From Eledone cirrhosa (taxonomy: Eukaryota): DNA of 64,000 nt. Of this stretch, positions 27,491 through 40,962 are shown one piece after another. Both the position numbers and the translations under genes were made by a program. The DNA lies in NCBI GenBank assembly GCA_964016885.1, contig OZ024742.1, forward strand, positions 62,186,001-62,250,000. The letters are read 5' to 3'. The notes below the pieces were generated by a model. That model worked only from the letters and a program-made list of their open reading frames with translations. It had not been told where the DNA came from and did no database searches. How positions within the stretch are numbered: the first letter of the stretch is position 1; the number at the start of each line of letters is the position of its first letter.

Positions 27491-28219
27491 GTATGTATGT
27501 ATGTATGTATGTATGTTTTTTTTTCCTTCTCCTAGAATTCTGCCTTGACAAAGGCTAAGGGGTCATCTCTCCCGGTGATTTTGGATGGCCATTGACTCTT
27601 AAGAGCTCCTTTGCCCTTTGACAGGTTTTGTTTTTAGTCCTGCAGGATGTCCAAAGTCACCCTCCTCACCAAGAAATCTTGGTGGGGTTGCCAGTTTAGT
27701 CGCCAACGACCCGACCATGAGACAGGTTGTACTGGGATACATGTTATCAGTAGCACCAACTGGTGACCTGATATAACACCTGCAACCCTGATGGTATCCA
27801 ATGATGTTGACTTGTTCTTCTTTTTGGTAAATATCATCTTGGTTAAGAGAGTGGGACTGGCTTTGTGCAGTGCCTTTGCTCATTATGAAAGCTTCACGGC
27901 ACAGGCATTGCTTTATATCTGGAGATCTCTCTGCACTTGTCGTCACATGGTACCATGGGACCAGCACTATGTGTCAATAATTGTCACAAGTGTAGTGTTT
28001 GTACCAGAGTTTTCAAGTCGCTGGCTGGACTAAAAAGTCACACTCGTTCAGCGCATCGGTAGGAGTTCTCCTACATGGATATAAAGTAGTGGCCGTACTC
28101 GAAAACGAGTTGGCAGCCACCATGTATGTATGTATGTATGTATGTATGTATGTATGTATGTATGTATGTATGTATGTATGTATGTATGTATGTATGTATG
28201 TATGTATGTATGTATGAAT

Positions 28220-31200
28220 GCGTGTGTGTATATATGTTCTCTTTCTCTTAATTTCGAGTACATTTTTGACCGGCTACCTTCTAACATAGATACAAGACTC
28301 TATCATTAGAATTTACACAACATCAAATAGGTAGATATGTCTGCATGTCTGCAGGTATGGATGTTATTGTAAGTGTGGATGTGTATGTTTTGAGTTATAT
28401 GTGTGCATATGCGTATGCTTTGTATCTGTACATGTGTACATGCAGTCATTAGATGCAGGATTTTTGGAATGTTGTATATATTTTTACTGTTAAATTAATG
28501 GATTTTACTTATAATTTCCTAACTAGTCGTGTTCTTTCTGTTGCTGTGAAGCCCAGCTTCTCAAAATTTGTACTGAGGCATTTACTAACATATCGCAGTT
28601 CTCCAATAATCACAGGTATAAATCTGAAGGTATAGTCAGGATGGAGTATCTGCAGATTTCTCATTAGTTCTGCATAGCTATTCTCCTTTTCCCTAATCTT
28701 TAATATTATATTGGCATCTACTGGGCAGCTAACTTCCACTACTGTGTATGATTTCTTTTCCATGTCTCATATGATTATATCTGGTCTGTTATGTTTGCAT
28801 TTTATTGGGGTTTCGACTGGAACATTCCACCAGTACTCTTTTATATTATGTATGTGTATGCTGTAACCTTTAGTGTGTTTATTGTCGAGGCTATCTTTTC
28901 TACGGATTGCATTGCACAGTGTTTTGGCCACTACATTATTCCTCATAGGTAGATAGTACCGTGATGACATCTTTGAACAGCTGCTTATGACATGGGTGAC
29001 ATCTTCGATGTTAATTTTGTATTTTGTTGTCACATCTAGGTGCTTGCATCCCTAACTCGTGAATCATGTATTTTGTGTTGATTTCCTGTTCTTGGATTGC
29101 AAAAGCATATCCTTCAAAGTCGGAGCCAATATAGTGGTTGTTGGTCCAAGATAGACTACTTTGCTTATCAATATTACTCTCACTCTGGAGCCTCCTGTCA
29201 ACATATCCATTCATGATATTTTTTCTGGTAACCATGTAGTTCTTCATCCATGGATTCGCTGCGTTATTGCTGGGCAATTTCCATGGTTGTGAGATTTTGA
29301 TTATCATGCAGGGAGTGTCTTTCAAGGAGTTCCTTCCCGACTCTCATAATCGTATCTGTCTCATGCAGACATATGCGATCAGTAGATGGGGCTCCTACGC
29401 TTGGAGGTTCGTAAATGTTGTCGGAGGGATATGTGACACTCAAATGTTGCCTGGATTGATGTTAGGCCTCTGCCTCCCTTCCTACGTTGCAAGTAGAGGC
29501 GTTCTATGTCATTGTTGATGTGGAAGTTTCTGGTGTTGGTTAGAATTTTTCGAGTTTTAACACCAATAGCTCAGATTTCGTCTATCGTCCAATTGAGGAC
29601 TCCAAACGTTGGTGTTTGGAAGGCACAGCAAACACATTGTGAGCCATTGTTTTATTGCTCGCAGAGAATTCCGATGATCACATTTTTCTTAATCGGGTGT
29701 AATATTCCCTGGTTACGCGTTCCTTATTACAAATACCATTATAAGATATGTTCTCGTCTAGCCCTAGGTATCTGTAGCAGTCCTCGTCAGATATCGGGGG
29801 AACAGTTAGGCCATTGATAAAAATGATGTTAGACTGGGTTGTAGATTTTCCCCGCTTTACAATCATATATGAACATTTATCTTGGCCAAGCACCATTCCT
29901 ATATCCTTTGAGAATGTTGTAACCAGGTCAAGATTTTTCTTCATCCGATTTATGTTCTTGGCATAGAGTTTCAGGTCATCCATTAGGTTCGTATTTATGT
30001 CCTTCTGTGAGCCAATGATATATCCTTCACATTTCTTGAGCAAAAAGGACAAGGGGTTTAATGACAGGATAAATAGTATTACAGAGAGACTGTCTCCTGG
30101 AAATATACCCCTGTGATATTATATTTTATCAGTGAAAATATGGTCCTCCTTCTCTGTTTTTAAATTTAGAATAGTAGCCCAAGAAGAAGACAGCCTCTCT
30201 ATGGCTCTGACAATAATGTCTGAGACTTTAGCAAATCGGAGGGCCTCTATCATCCAAGAGTGGGGAACAGAATCAAAAGTTTTTCTGTAGTCCAGCCAGA
30301 CTGTAACCATTTTCCTCCTAAGTTGACGCCCCTCCAACATCGCAGTTTCCTTGATTAGGAGTTGTTCAGCACACCCCCAAACATTTTTCTTTCCAGCTGC
30401 TTATTTATCTGTGATGGTGTTATTATTTTCACAGTGATCTTGGAGAAATAGGTTCAGGCAGGCTGTATACATCTTATACATCAGGTTCTTGCATGCAATG
30501 GGTCGGTAGCTTTTTGCCAAGTGGGTGGCTTTGTTCTTGGGAACCAGTATTGTTTGTGCTAATGTCAACCAGTCTGGTATAAGTGTATCTCCCTTGAGAA
30601 CTTGTTGGTAGAGGTCGATAAGATACATCCGATGGAATATCATTTTTTTGTACCAGTAACCGACAATCATGTCTCTTCCTGGTGTTTTCTTATCTTGGAG
30701 TTTTGCTATCACATTCTCAAGGGTATCCTCATTTATTTCGTATGTTTTTGTTATAGTGTAGGAGCAATAGTTCTTTTGGATTTCTTTTAGCCACACTGGT
30801 TGAAATTTTTCTTTTCACCCTATATTTTTCTCCAAAAGTGACACTTATTATTTTGCTCTCCATATCTCTATAGTGTGATGTTTGTTTTCGTCTGAATCTT
30901 TTATTAAGCACTTTTTTTTCATCTACCTTCTTCTGGTATCAAAGTTTCTCGCTTACAGCTCTCAATTCTTGTTTGAGGATGATCAGCTTATATTGAAGAG
31001 TTCTGGTTCTACTGCTACCAAACATCGTTTCTATTTTGTTTTTCACTCTTTGTTGGTGAGGAGTGAAGTTTTTTTGTTTTTGTTTGCAAGTAAGGTGCAT
31101 TGTCACATATCCTATAGTTTTTCGTAGGTCAGCAATCTTTTTTTCTATTTTAGTTACATATGATAGTATTTTTTGTGGTGTTTTGTTTTTGTTAATATTT
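28220..31200 (-). mobile_element. R4/Dong-clade non-LTR retrotransposon (RT plus restriction-like endonuclease), decayed
   Basis: YRPIAC, WLDYRKTFDSVPHSW, LMDDLKLYA, YRYLG; EDVTHVISSC, HNRPDIII, VVEVSCP, FIPVIIG. Confidence 0.9.
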
Positions 31201-31959
31201 CTGTATGTTAATATGTATGTACTATATATATATAATTACAACAGTGACATAAACATATACTTAAGTTTCGTTGGGTTCTGGACGCCAACCCACTCAGCCT
31301 TTCATAAGAAAAATAATAATAAAGATGGTCACCTAATGTTGATTGTGATTTCCTTTTAGGAATATATCATGAGAGTTTAAACCAAGGCATTTAATTTAGA
31401 AATTATCTAGAAAAAGATTTTTTTTTTAAAATTAGAAGGTAGGTAACACTTGATAAGTAAAATAATTTTTTTTTTTTTTTGCTGACCCAAAGGATCCAAA
31501 TATACAAAATAGTCAGTAAATCAAAGTATACTTTTAGACCTGTTAGTCAGCTCTAAGCCACTTAATATATACTTCTTCTCATGGAGACAACCACCAAAAC
31601 AACCAAGCTGTGTTTTGAGGCAGAGTTTATCTGAAGTTAGTTGTATACCATTTTCCAGAATTACAAAATTTTGACCCATATATATATGCGGTAGATCTCT
31701 CTAGTGTCCCCATTTGATGGAAAAAACTTGATTTGCGAGCTTGGTGGCACGTTTTTTGTCGGGATATCTAAAAGTTGTTTCGTGATTCTGGTACCGGTTT
31801 TTAAACCGGCTCTCGCACATTCCGACATAGGTTCAGGCTGCAGTTTGGTATGTTCTGGTTGGTGGAGATAACCTCTGCTTGGTATATCACCGCCAGAGTG
31901 TTGTCCTGTTGGTCTAGTTGACATGTTTTAGGCCTTCTATCTTACGGTGGAGGGCTTTT

Positions 31960-32760
31960 TCAAAAGCAAATCATGTAATAGCATAGAATGAACAAAGAAA
32001 AAGATAGGGCAGGTCAACTCATAGTATGACAGCCAAAAATACCAGAGTGTCATCTTCGTCGATGCTACCCCTCGAGGCGAACTAGCGTACCGTTTTAGAA
32101 GAGCTTTAGAAAAAATGAACCTTAGGATTAAAGTAGTAGAAAAACCAGGAGATACCATAAAATCCCGGATCAGGACATACCATTTTAGGAAATTCACCTC
32201 TATTGATAGAAATTGTATAATCTGTAAAATAAACCCACAGATAAACTGTAAACCTATAAATGTAGTCTGTAGGATAAGATGTATAGAGGGACGACGCAGA
32301 AACAAGACGACATAAATAGGAGAGACAGCCCGTAATATAGGAGAGGGATTAAATGATCACTGGCGGGAACTTAATGAGGAGCAAAGGTCATCAGTGCTAA
32401 ACCAACATGGCAAACTAGAATACGAAGGCTCAACAGATAACATAGAAACAAATCCTATTCACACATAGAACTGACGCACCACTTAGACAAATTACGGAGG
32501 TCACACAAATAGACTAAACAGAAAAAAGAGTGAAATAGTAACAGCCCACAACTTAATGATTGAACACAGAATAAAGACACAAACAACAAAACAGAAAACG
32601 ATACAAACCCACACACACGTAGACATGAAAAAACACAAAAACCTATACACATACACAATGACGCACGCACAAACACATGCACAGACACGAAACATAAAAC
32701 ACTCACCAGAAAACAATCAAAGACAAGATGGAGTAGAAGTTTAAGACCAGAAAAAATAAG
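31960..32760 (+). mobile_element. PLE 3' fragment (Neptune-like Cx2Cx7C linker plus GIY-YIG)
   Basis: IKVVEKPGDTIK, CIICKINPQINCKPINVV, IGETARNIG, RLNRK; inverted HHR-bearing terminus at about 31230-31400. Confidence 0.7.
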
Positions 32761-32806
32761 AGGCATAAAACAGATAATCATTGAGTAGGTCAAAGAATAT
32801 TATGGA

Positions 32807-33420
32807 TCTTGTTAAAATCATAACGCAAGTTTATACTCTAAGTTGGTTCTGGATTAAATCTCACCAAAGTTACATGAAGGAGCAAGTAATTTTTAGTATA
32901 TGCGACATCTAATGCAAGACATGAACCAAGATCATAAAGAAGTTATGGAGAAATCGTGATAAACTAATTCGTATTTTGTCCATCTGGAGAATATTTTACT
33001 GACTATGCTGAATGATGGAAAAAGATAAATTAGGGAAGTAGCAATTCAGCGAATTAGTAAAGCATGAACTTTTCCCCAAATGCCCCGTGAAAATTTAAGA
33101 AATTTCAAACTACCAAGCAAAATTAATTTTGAAGCACAGGATTATGTTGATTTGATTAACTGGGAAAATGAAGTTATAACACCCCCTCCAGTTTTACGGA
33201 ACTTTACAAATGTTGATCTTCTTAAAGTTCATTGAGGACCATTAATAGCAATACCTCTTTCCTGTCATAAACAAGGATTCGAGCATGCTCTCAATTTAAT
33301 GACAAAAGCTTCTGAAGACAGAATAGACAACGAAAATAGGCACAAATTCATATTAAATGTACAGAAATCAAAACAAAGTTTACCTCACTTTGACTTGAAA
33401 AGACAATGGGCATTTAATTA
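32807..33420 (+). pseudogene. DNA transposase C-terminal relic (hATm-like)
   Basis: QVYTLSWFWIK, RNFKLPSKINFEAQDYVDLINWE..ITPPP, CHKQGFE..MTKAS..RHKFI..LPHF. Confidence 0.65.
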
Positions 33421-34355
33421 AATAGTAAATACTATTAATGCTTATTTTATGGTGTTCACTGTTCATGTATTTCGTTTGAGGTGCGTGCATATTTTTTTTT
33501 ATTGCTTATTATCACAGTTATTAAGAATTAACATTATTTATACGTTGATTATTATTTATACTGGCCTTGTGCCAAAAGTAGAAACAATTATTTATACGTT
33601 GAAAGTGCTTTTCTTAATAATATAGGCCTTTTTTTAATAAAATAATAAAATAAAATACAAACTATATAAGTAAATAGATTCCAAAAACTGTTTCTTTCAG
33701 GTGTTTGTGTATGTGTGTGTGTGTGTGTGGGGGGGGGGGGGGGTTTGCATGTAATTTATAAAAAGTTATATAGGTAATATTTAACAAATACAAAGTTAAT
33801 AGCATTAAAACAAGTTTACAGTTCCTTAAATTTTCAGTATTCAAAACGCAGTTAAGGGGAGGGGCTATGCGAGAAGTAGGGGTAATCGCATACTTTTTAA
33901 AATTTGTTAATTTAATTCTCACACCAAAATGAACACCAAGCAATATGTGGAATAAGAATATAAAATTTCGACCCCCCCCACCCACTAATATATTTATATA
34001 TATATATATATATAAAATATTTGTTTATATGTAAACGAAACTTCCTCGTTTTTTTTCTATTATATACACTCTGGATGTGTATAGAGTGCTTGATTTGGTA
34101 CCAACACCAGTAATTCACTGTACTTCCGCCCCCCCCCACAATATATATATATATATATATAAGTTTATCCCGGGTTTAATCGGGGGTAACCACAGTAAGA
34201 GAGGTACTCAATACAAACAGAGTATAAATATTTAATATAGAAAAGGCTTTTACAGGACTAGAACTGTTTCATTCAGGAGAAATCATCATATATATATGTG
34301 TGTGTGTAATATATATATATATATATATATATAAATAATTACAACAGTGACATAA

Positions 34356-34405
34356 ACAGGTACTCAAGTTTCGTTGGATTCTGGGCCCCAATTCATTCAG
34401 CCTGT
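34356..34405 (-). ncRNA. Hammerhead-like motif with 8-nt core
   Basis: Minus: ACAGG CTGAATGA ATTGG GGCCCAGAAT CCAAC GAAA CTTGAG TA CCTGT; related copy 31253-31302. Confidence 0.6.
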
Positions 34406-35067
34406 CATGAGAAAAACAAAGATGACCGCGTAGGGTTGATTGTGCTTTCCTTATAGGAATATAACATAAAAATTTACGCAGGGGCAGATAATTTAGAAAA
34501 TCAGTGGATCTGCTAATATGCAGATCTGACTGATCAGCCAGTCTGCTAATATGTAAATCAGACCGATCAGTCACTGTGTATTTTTGAAAATAGCATATAT
34601 TTTCAGTGGCACTGACAGTTTGGCAGGTGAGCAGTGAGCTGTACTGATGAAGAGTGATACCCAGAAACATTAGTGTCTGCAGTTCTGTTCACATGCTAAC
34701 ACAAGAGCAAGAATGAAGGGTTCATTCTACTGACATGGCTATAAAATTGAGGATTGTTTGCAAAATTGTAAATGAATCGAATGTTATTATTAATATTCGA
34801 AAAACTCAGATTACATTTTTTGTATTCAGACATGTAAAGCGAACATTTTCTTTTTTATTTATTTTCTTTTAATTATAGGGTAAGATCAAGGGACGTAACT
34901 CTTGAGAGGCCACAGTCAATTTTGAATGAAAATAGAAGCACAATAATTTCTTCTAGTTTATTCAAAAGATCCAATTTCACTGAATTAAAATATAGCTTAT
35001 ATAGTTTATACTAAACTCGTCCTATGGACTGAGTGCTCTTACTCTTGGATATTTCCACTTAACTTTT

Positions 35068-36950
35068 ACATTATCTCTTTGTTTCATCGGATTTACTGTC
35101 ATTTTTTACTGAAAGGATTTAGTTATTTGTCATTATTTTAACAAAATCCCGCCGAGGTTAACTTTGTCTTTCATCTTTACGGGGTCGATAAAATAAAGTA
35201 CCAGAAATACACTGGGATAATTGCTGGCCTTGTGCCAAAAGTAGAAACAATTATTTTAATATATTCATTGAACATTAAGGAAGAACCCAATGTTGTTTCT
35301 TTTCTATCAATCTTCACAACACTCAATAATTATATTTATAACCCAGCGTATTTTTTGTTTATTAAATTCACTATAGGTGACATATCTATAGTTGAGTTTG
35401 CTTCACCTGATATTGTTTCCTCAAAGGTTTCTTAATAATTCATATTTTGAGCATGTATTCTGGAAATTTTCCATAAAGAAGATTACAATTACCTTCATGA
35501 AATTAATTTTTTTTTGTATGCTCAATCTAGTAGTTGAAATGACATTATGTTCCTGCAGAATGTAATATCCTGATTTTATATTATTCTTTAGCCACATAAA
35601 AAAAAATCCAAGTTTAAGTTTTGCCAATATTTTAATTATTTCCTCAGCATAATCGTGATATACTCCTTGAAAAGCGTATTTCTGCAAAATCTTATAAAAG
35701 ATGTTGATCGAGAAGATCCCAAATATAATTCGTCTACTGGGACTCTTCAAATTGTACCAAGGAAACAATGTTTTCATTGGTCTTTCTATTACTAATACTA
35801 TGTACTGTTTGCAACTCCTGGCAGAAAAATCAATGTGAAATAAAGTGTCTAGCTGAAGGACATAATGAATCGCGCTGTCTGGGAATCAAACTCACAACCA
35901 CACGATTGTGAATCCACTATAATATGGCGTTCACTATAGAAATCCTATAATATATGCACTATTAAGTTAGACGTGAGGAAATAAATACAGGTAGGGATGG
36001 CATAAATTACAGTTATGCCACTTAATGGAAAAATCAAATCAATTTTCTAAAGAAGAAACAATAATGTATTATACAATAAATGTTACCAGATAATATCAAT
36101 AATAATATAACAATGGTTACATTGCTAGTTATTGTGACAGTCGATATATTGTACATCATCTTTACTGTTTTATGAAGATTAATCAATATCTTAATTGGGT
36201 TTGTGTTGTTAGAAACGGCAGGTTTTTACCGGAACATCACGCTATTCGTGTGTTCTGTTGTTTTGAATAGAGTAATTAATTTGACAGTATTTCACAACCA
36301 TGCTTGAATAAACTAGCTAATTTGTCAGTGCTGTAGAGACGTGCTTAATTTTTCCTGAAGATACAAAAAGTTTATGGTAGGTAATTTTACCTATTCTCTC
36401 ATCTAACTCTGTTTCTCTACATTTTGGTCTTTGTTTTGTCTCTCTTCCTCTGAAGGTTTTATATGTGTTCTTCTGGCTAGTGTTGTAAAATCAAGAGATT
36501 CATCTGAAACATCAGTTAGTTAATGTTTTAAGTCTCCTTAATATGAATTTGGTATTATACTGTCAGGAGAATATTAGTTCAGACTTTTAATTCAAAAGCT
36601 TTGTTATGAGGTAGAATATATGATGTAATGTAATCATATTTCTTCAACTTCTTTATGAAATGGCTCATTTAAATTGAGATTCATCTTATTGCCTTCATAA
36701 AACTCAAACTGAAATAGCATTTAGTTCTAAAAATTGTATTGTGCTATCATTCTGATGTATACTAATACATTTTCTTTTGGTTCACATTATAAATCATTTA
36801 TTCATTTAAATGAACTTCTAATAGCTGATCAAATTGAATTCACTGATATTCATTACAGTCAATATAAATTCACTGTTATTGAACTTTCACAATATATATT
36901 CTCTAATTTAAAACTCTTGTGGCCATATTTCTCATGAAATACAGTCAATT
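35068..36950 (+). repeat. Segmental duplication block, copy C
   Basis: Matches 11176-12440 joined directly to 15322-16450. Confidence 0.85.
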
Positions 36951-37257
36951 TCAATTAATTAATGAAGAATTTTGAGGGCTTGACTCAAATTATTAATTAC
37001 CTCATTACTAAGACAATAACTTAACATACTGTTCTGATATAAAATTGTGTTGGTTTTATAATCTACTTTAAAGTTAGCAAAAAAGAAAAAAATTTCTTAT
37101 TTCAGCATATTTTTATTTCTAAATTTCAAATATTTTTCTTGGGCATCCTTTGATTTCTCTACATACATTGATACATTGATACATTGATGTTAAATAAAGA
37201 ATTATTTAAAAACATAAATAATATTGGGTATCTGCATCCAATATTATTATTTCTATG

Positions 37258-37381
37258 ATCTGAGTTCAAATCCTGCCGAGGTTAACTTTGCCTTTCATCC
37301 TTACAGGGTCGATAAAATAAAGTACCAGTAATACACTGGGGTAATTGCTGGCATTGTGCCAAAAGTAGAAACAATTATTAT
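37258..37381 (+). mobile_element. 5'-truncated SINE
   Basis: B-box through tail. Confidence 0.8.
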
Positions 37382-37440
37382 TTCTATTATATTGCAAAAA
37401 AATAATTATCAGACAGCTATGCTATATTTTGAATATATAT

Positions 37441-40390
37441 ATCATCATCATCGTTTAACGTCTATCTTCCATGCTAGCATGGGTTAGACAGGAATTGTCC
37501 CACTTGAGGCAAGATTGGTCAGGTGACCGTGTCTTGCTCATATAGGACTGTATCTGGCAAGTTTTCTATGGCTGGATGCCCTTCCTAACATCAACCACAT
37601 TTACCGTGTCTCCTACACGACCACATTACAGCGTGGACTTGGTGCTTTTTGTCGTGACACCTACACAACCACTTAGTGTGGACTGATGTTCTGTGGTACC
37701 AACATAACTTTACAGAGAAAGGGTGGTGTGGGTGGAAGTGGGAGGATGGAGTAGGGGTAGAGGGTCGGGGTGTATATTTGGTTAAGAGGTGCCTACTGAC
37801 TGTAGGTTTAACTTCATATGTAAGGGAAGGCGGGTCTTCTGTATTACTGTATAACACCAAAGGTCTCGATCCAATGACATTAGAGAGGTGTAAGTGTGCA
37901 AGGTCAGATTTTATCATGTCGTTCCAGGTTTTTATGGGTCTACCTACTCCGTAGCTTCCATCAATTTAGATCACCTGCAATTTTTTATACAGCTATCATC
38001 TTTCATGCGCATCACATGACCATACCAATGTAATCTCCTCTCAAGTAAACTGCCTCTGATCCTTCTTATTCCTACTTTCTCACTTAGTTCCTTTATGTTT
38101 TGCCGTTCATGTATATTACTATTACACATCCAATGGAGCATGCATGCTTTGATCCTTTCTGATCTGCGCAGGTCCTCTGCACACAATGCCCATGTCTCAC
38201 TGCCAAGCTTCATACAATCTGCCTTACATTTTTAGTGAGAAACCTTTTGTTGTCAACAGCGGTATTAGCTCTCTTAACTTCTAACTCTGACTACTGTACT
38301 TTCAGAGCACTCTCCTCCACTGCTGATTTTATCACCCAGCTAACGGAAAGTGTTTTACTATATCTATAGAACCATCTGGGGAGTTGAAGGAAGTATTCAG
38401 TGAGCACTTGCTACCTACTGCACCTGAGCATCGGCCACATATAAAATCTACATTCTTAGATAGCTTGCCTGTGATCCCACTACATATTTTATGTACCCAT
38501 AGTTTGCATTTGGCGCATAGAATGGAATTTCTACCCACTCCTTTCCTACAAACTGAGCATGGCCATTTCCCAGAGGGCACCTGTACCCTATTTTCCTTTC
38601 TACATACCAGAACTTTAGTCATAGACAAGTTAACTTTAAGGCCTTTTGATTCTAGTCCATGCTTCCATGTTTCGAATTTCTTTTCTAGTGCAGACATAGA
38701 TTCAACTATGAGAGTTAGATCATCTGCATATAGAGGTTCCCATGGGCAACTGGTCTTAAACTCTTCTGTTATAGCTTGTAGGGCAATAATAAACTGGAGG
38801 GAGCTAAGGACAGAGCCTTGATGAACACCTACTTTTATGCTAAATTCTTCACTATATTCATGGTTAACTCTAACCTTGCTGACTGTTCCTCTATACATGT
38901 CTTGGACAGCTCTCACAAGCCATTCATCTACTCATAGTTTTCTAAGAGCCCACCATATAATAGAGTGGGAGACTCTGTCAAAGGCTTTCTCCAAGTCAAC
39001 AGAAGCTAAGTAGAGGTGTTTACTTTTAGCTAGGTACTTCTCCTGTAGTTGTCATACAAGGAAGAGAGCGTCTGTGGTACTTTTGCCTGGCACAAACCCA
39101 AACTGCATTTCATCTAGATCAATTCGGTCTCTAATTAGTTGTGCAATAATTCTTTCTGTGACCTTCATGACCTGGTCAACTAACTTAATGCCTCTATAGT
39201 TTTCTCTATATAGAGCATCTCCTTTGTTCTTATAGCAGTTAATGATGATGCTGCTACGCCAGTCATTTAGTATGACCCCATTCTGTATTAGTTGGTTTAC
39301 TACCCGTGTGACCATAGTATGTCCCACCATTCCAGATGCTTTCAACATTCCAGCAACTATATCTGAAGGCCCAGCTGCCTTGCCTGTCTTCATATTTTTG
39401 ATTGCCTTACTTATATACTACCATTAACTTGCACAGCTAGTCCCTCTCCTCATTTAGTAGTCTCTCGTAGTGACACTTCCAAGCTACCTTCTTGTCAGTA
39501 TCAGTGAAGGCAAGTACACCATCATTATGGACACACTTCTCCCCGACAATTTCACAGTTTTCTTTGATACATTGTCTTGCAATCCTGAACACCTCACTAT
39601 TTTGGTCCTCACATTGTAGAACATGCTTGAACTTTCTATCTTCTGCTTCCCTTCTTGCAAAATACACTTGTCACCTAGCTTCTCTCCCAGCCACCTGATA
39701 GTGTTCTCTACTTCCCCTATCCCGCCATTCTTTCCAAGCATGCTTTTTGGCCTTGATTGTCTCCTCCACCTTCCTGTTCCACCACCAAGTTACTCTCCTC
39801 CTGCCTAAAGGTCTGCTCCAGCCACAGGTGTCATCTGTCGCATTCAGCAGGTTAACTTTCAGGAATTCCCACTGTTCCTCTATATTGTACATCTCTAATT
39901 GCTCTTCCATACTGTCAAAAGCATTAAGTAATATGCTTTTAAATGTGTTACTGGCTGTGGGGTCCTTCAACTTCCATATTCTTTTCCTCAAGTTAGTCCT
40001 CTGTCGTCGAGTATGTCTAGTCCTGACTATGAGGTCACTAACTATTAGGCTATGTTGGGAGGTGCATTCTTCATGAGGGAGGGACTTAGTGTTTACAACA
40101 GACACTCTGTAAGGATAAAATCTATCTGGCTAGTGTGGTCCCCTGATCTATAGGTGATCAATGATTGCCTCGTTTTTTGAAGTTTGTGTTACAGATAGTT
40201 AGGTTATTAGCATCACAGAATTTCAGGATCCTGAAGCCTTTCTCATTTCTAGTACCAAACTCATAGCCTCCATGGATTCCGTCATTGCCATCACAATGTT
40301 GTCCAACATGACCATTAAGGTCGCCAACAATAATTATGTTGTCATTGTTGGTTATTTGGGAGGTAGTGAGCATTAGCAACTCATAGAACC
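37441..40390 (-). mobile_element. RTE-clade LINE (APE endonuclease end, RT, PHD-like finger), decayed
   Basis: IVGDLNGHVG, NYRGIKL, QFGFVPGKSTTDA, GVHQGSVLS, YADD; (TGA)n 3' tail at about 37441. Confidence 0.92.
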
Positions 40391-40622
40391 TGTCTATGAT
40401 ATTTACCCCTATATTGTGTACAGAAATAGATGTATTATACTATTTAGTTGCACTTCTCTTCATTCAGAGTTCAAATCTCATCATAGTTAAATTTGTTTTT
40501 CATTACTTAGCACAGTTAATGCTAAAAATACATTAGAATCGATTTGGTTGACAATATCATACATCCATGAAATATTGTGGCTTTATGTCTAAACAAAGAT
40601 AAAAATCTTCTTTTCAGATACA

Positions 40623-40962
40623 ATGATGTCAAAGAAATGTTGGCAACCTTTAATAATAATTTTATTGATGTTCCACTTTTTCACTCTGCATATATCAGAT
40701 TCTTCTAATTCTAATACCAACATTGGTTCCCATTTTCATCAAATGAAAAGAAAAGCTATTATACATACTGATGAACTGACACGAACATACCCTGTGACAT
40801 TTGTTAATGTCGTATTTGAATGTGCTCTTCAATGCCTTAGATTACCATATTGCAGTTATTTTACTTACTATGATAAAATCTGTGAGATATTTCATGCCTG
40901 GCAAGACAGTATTGCTGTGATATCATCAACAATACACCAGAGTTATTACACAGTACATGAAG
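40623..40962 (+). CDS. First coding exon of a secreted PAN/apple-domain protein
   Basis: TTTTCAG acceptor ending at 40617, hydrophobic signal peptide (LIIILLMFHFFTLHISDS), ECALQCLRLPYCSYFTYYDKICEI PAN core, AG|GTAAGT donor. Confidence 0.8.

Noticed and set aside
27520-28120. HDV-like ribozyme in LINE 5'UTR-like segments (also 41520-41960 and 25400-25640)
   Set aside because: Could not assign the nested double pseudoknot by eye; needs a descriptor search
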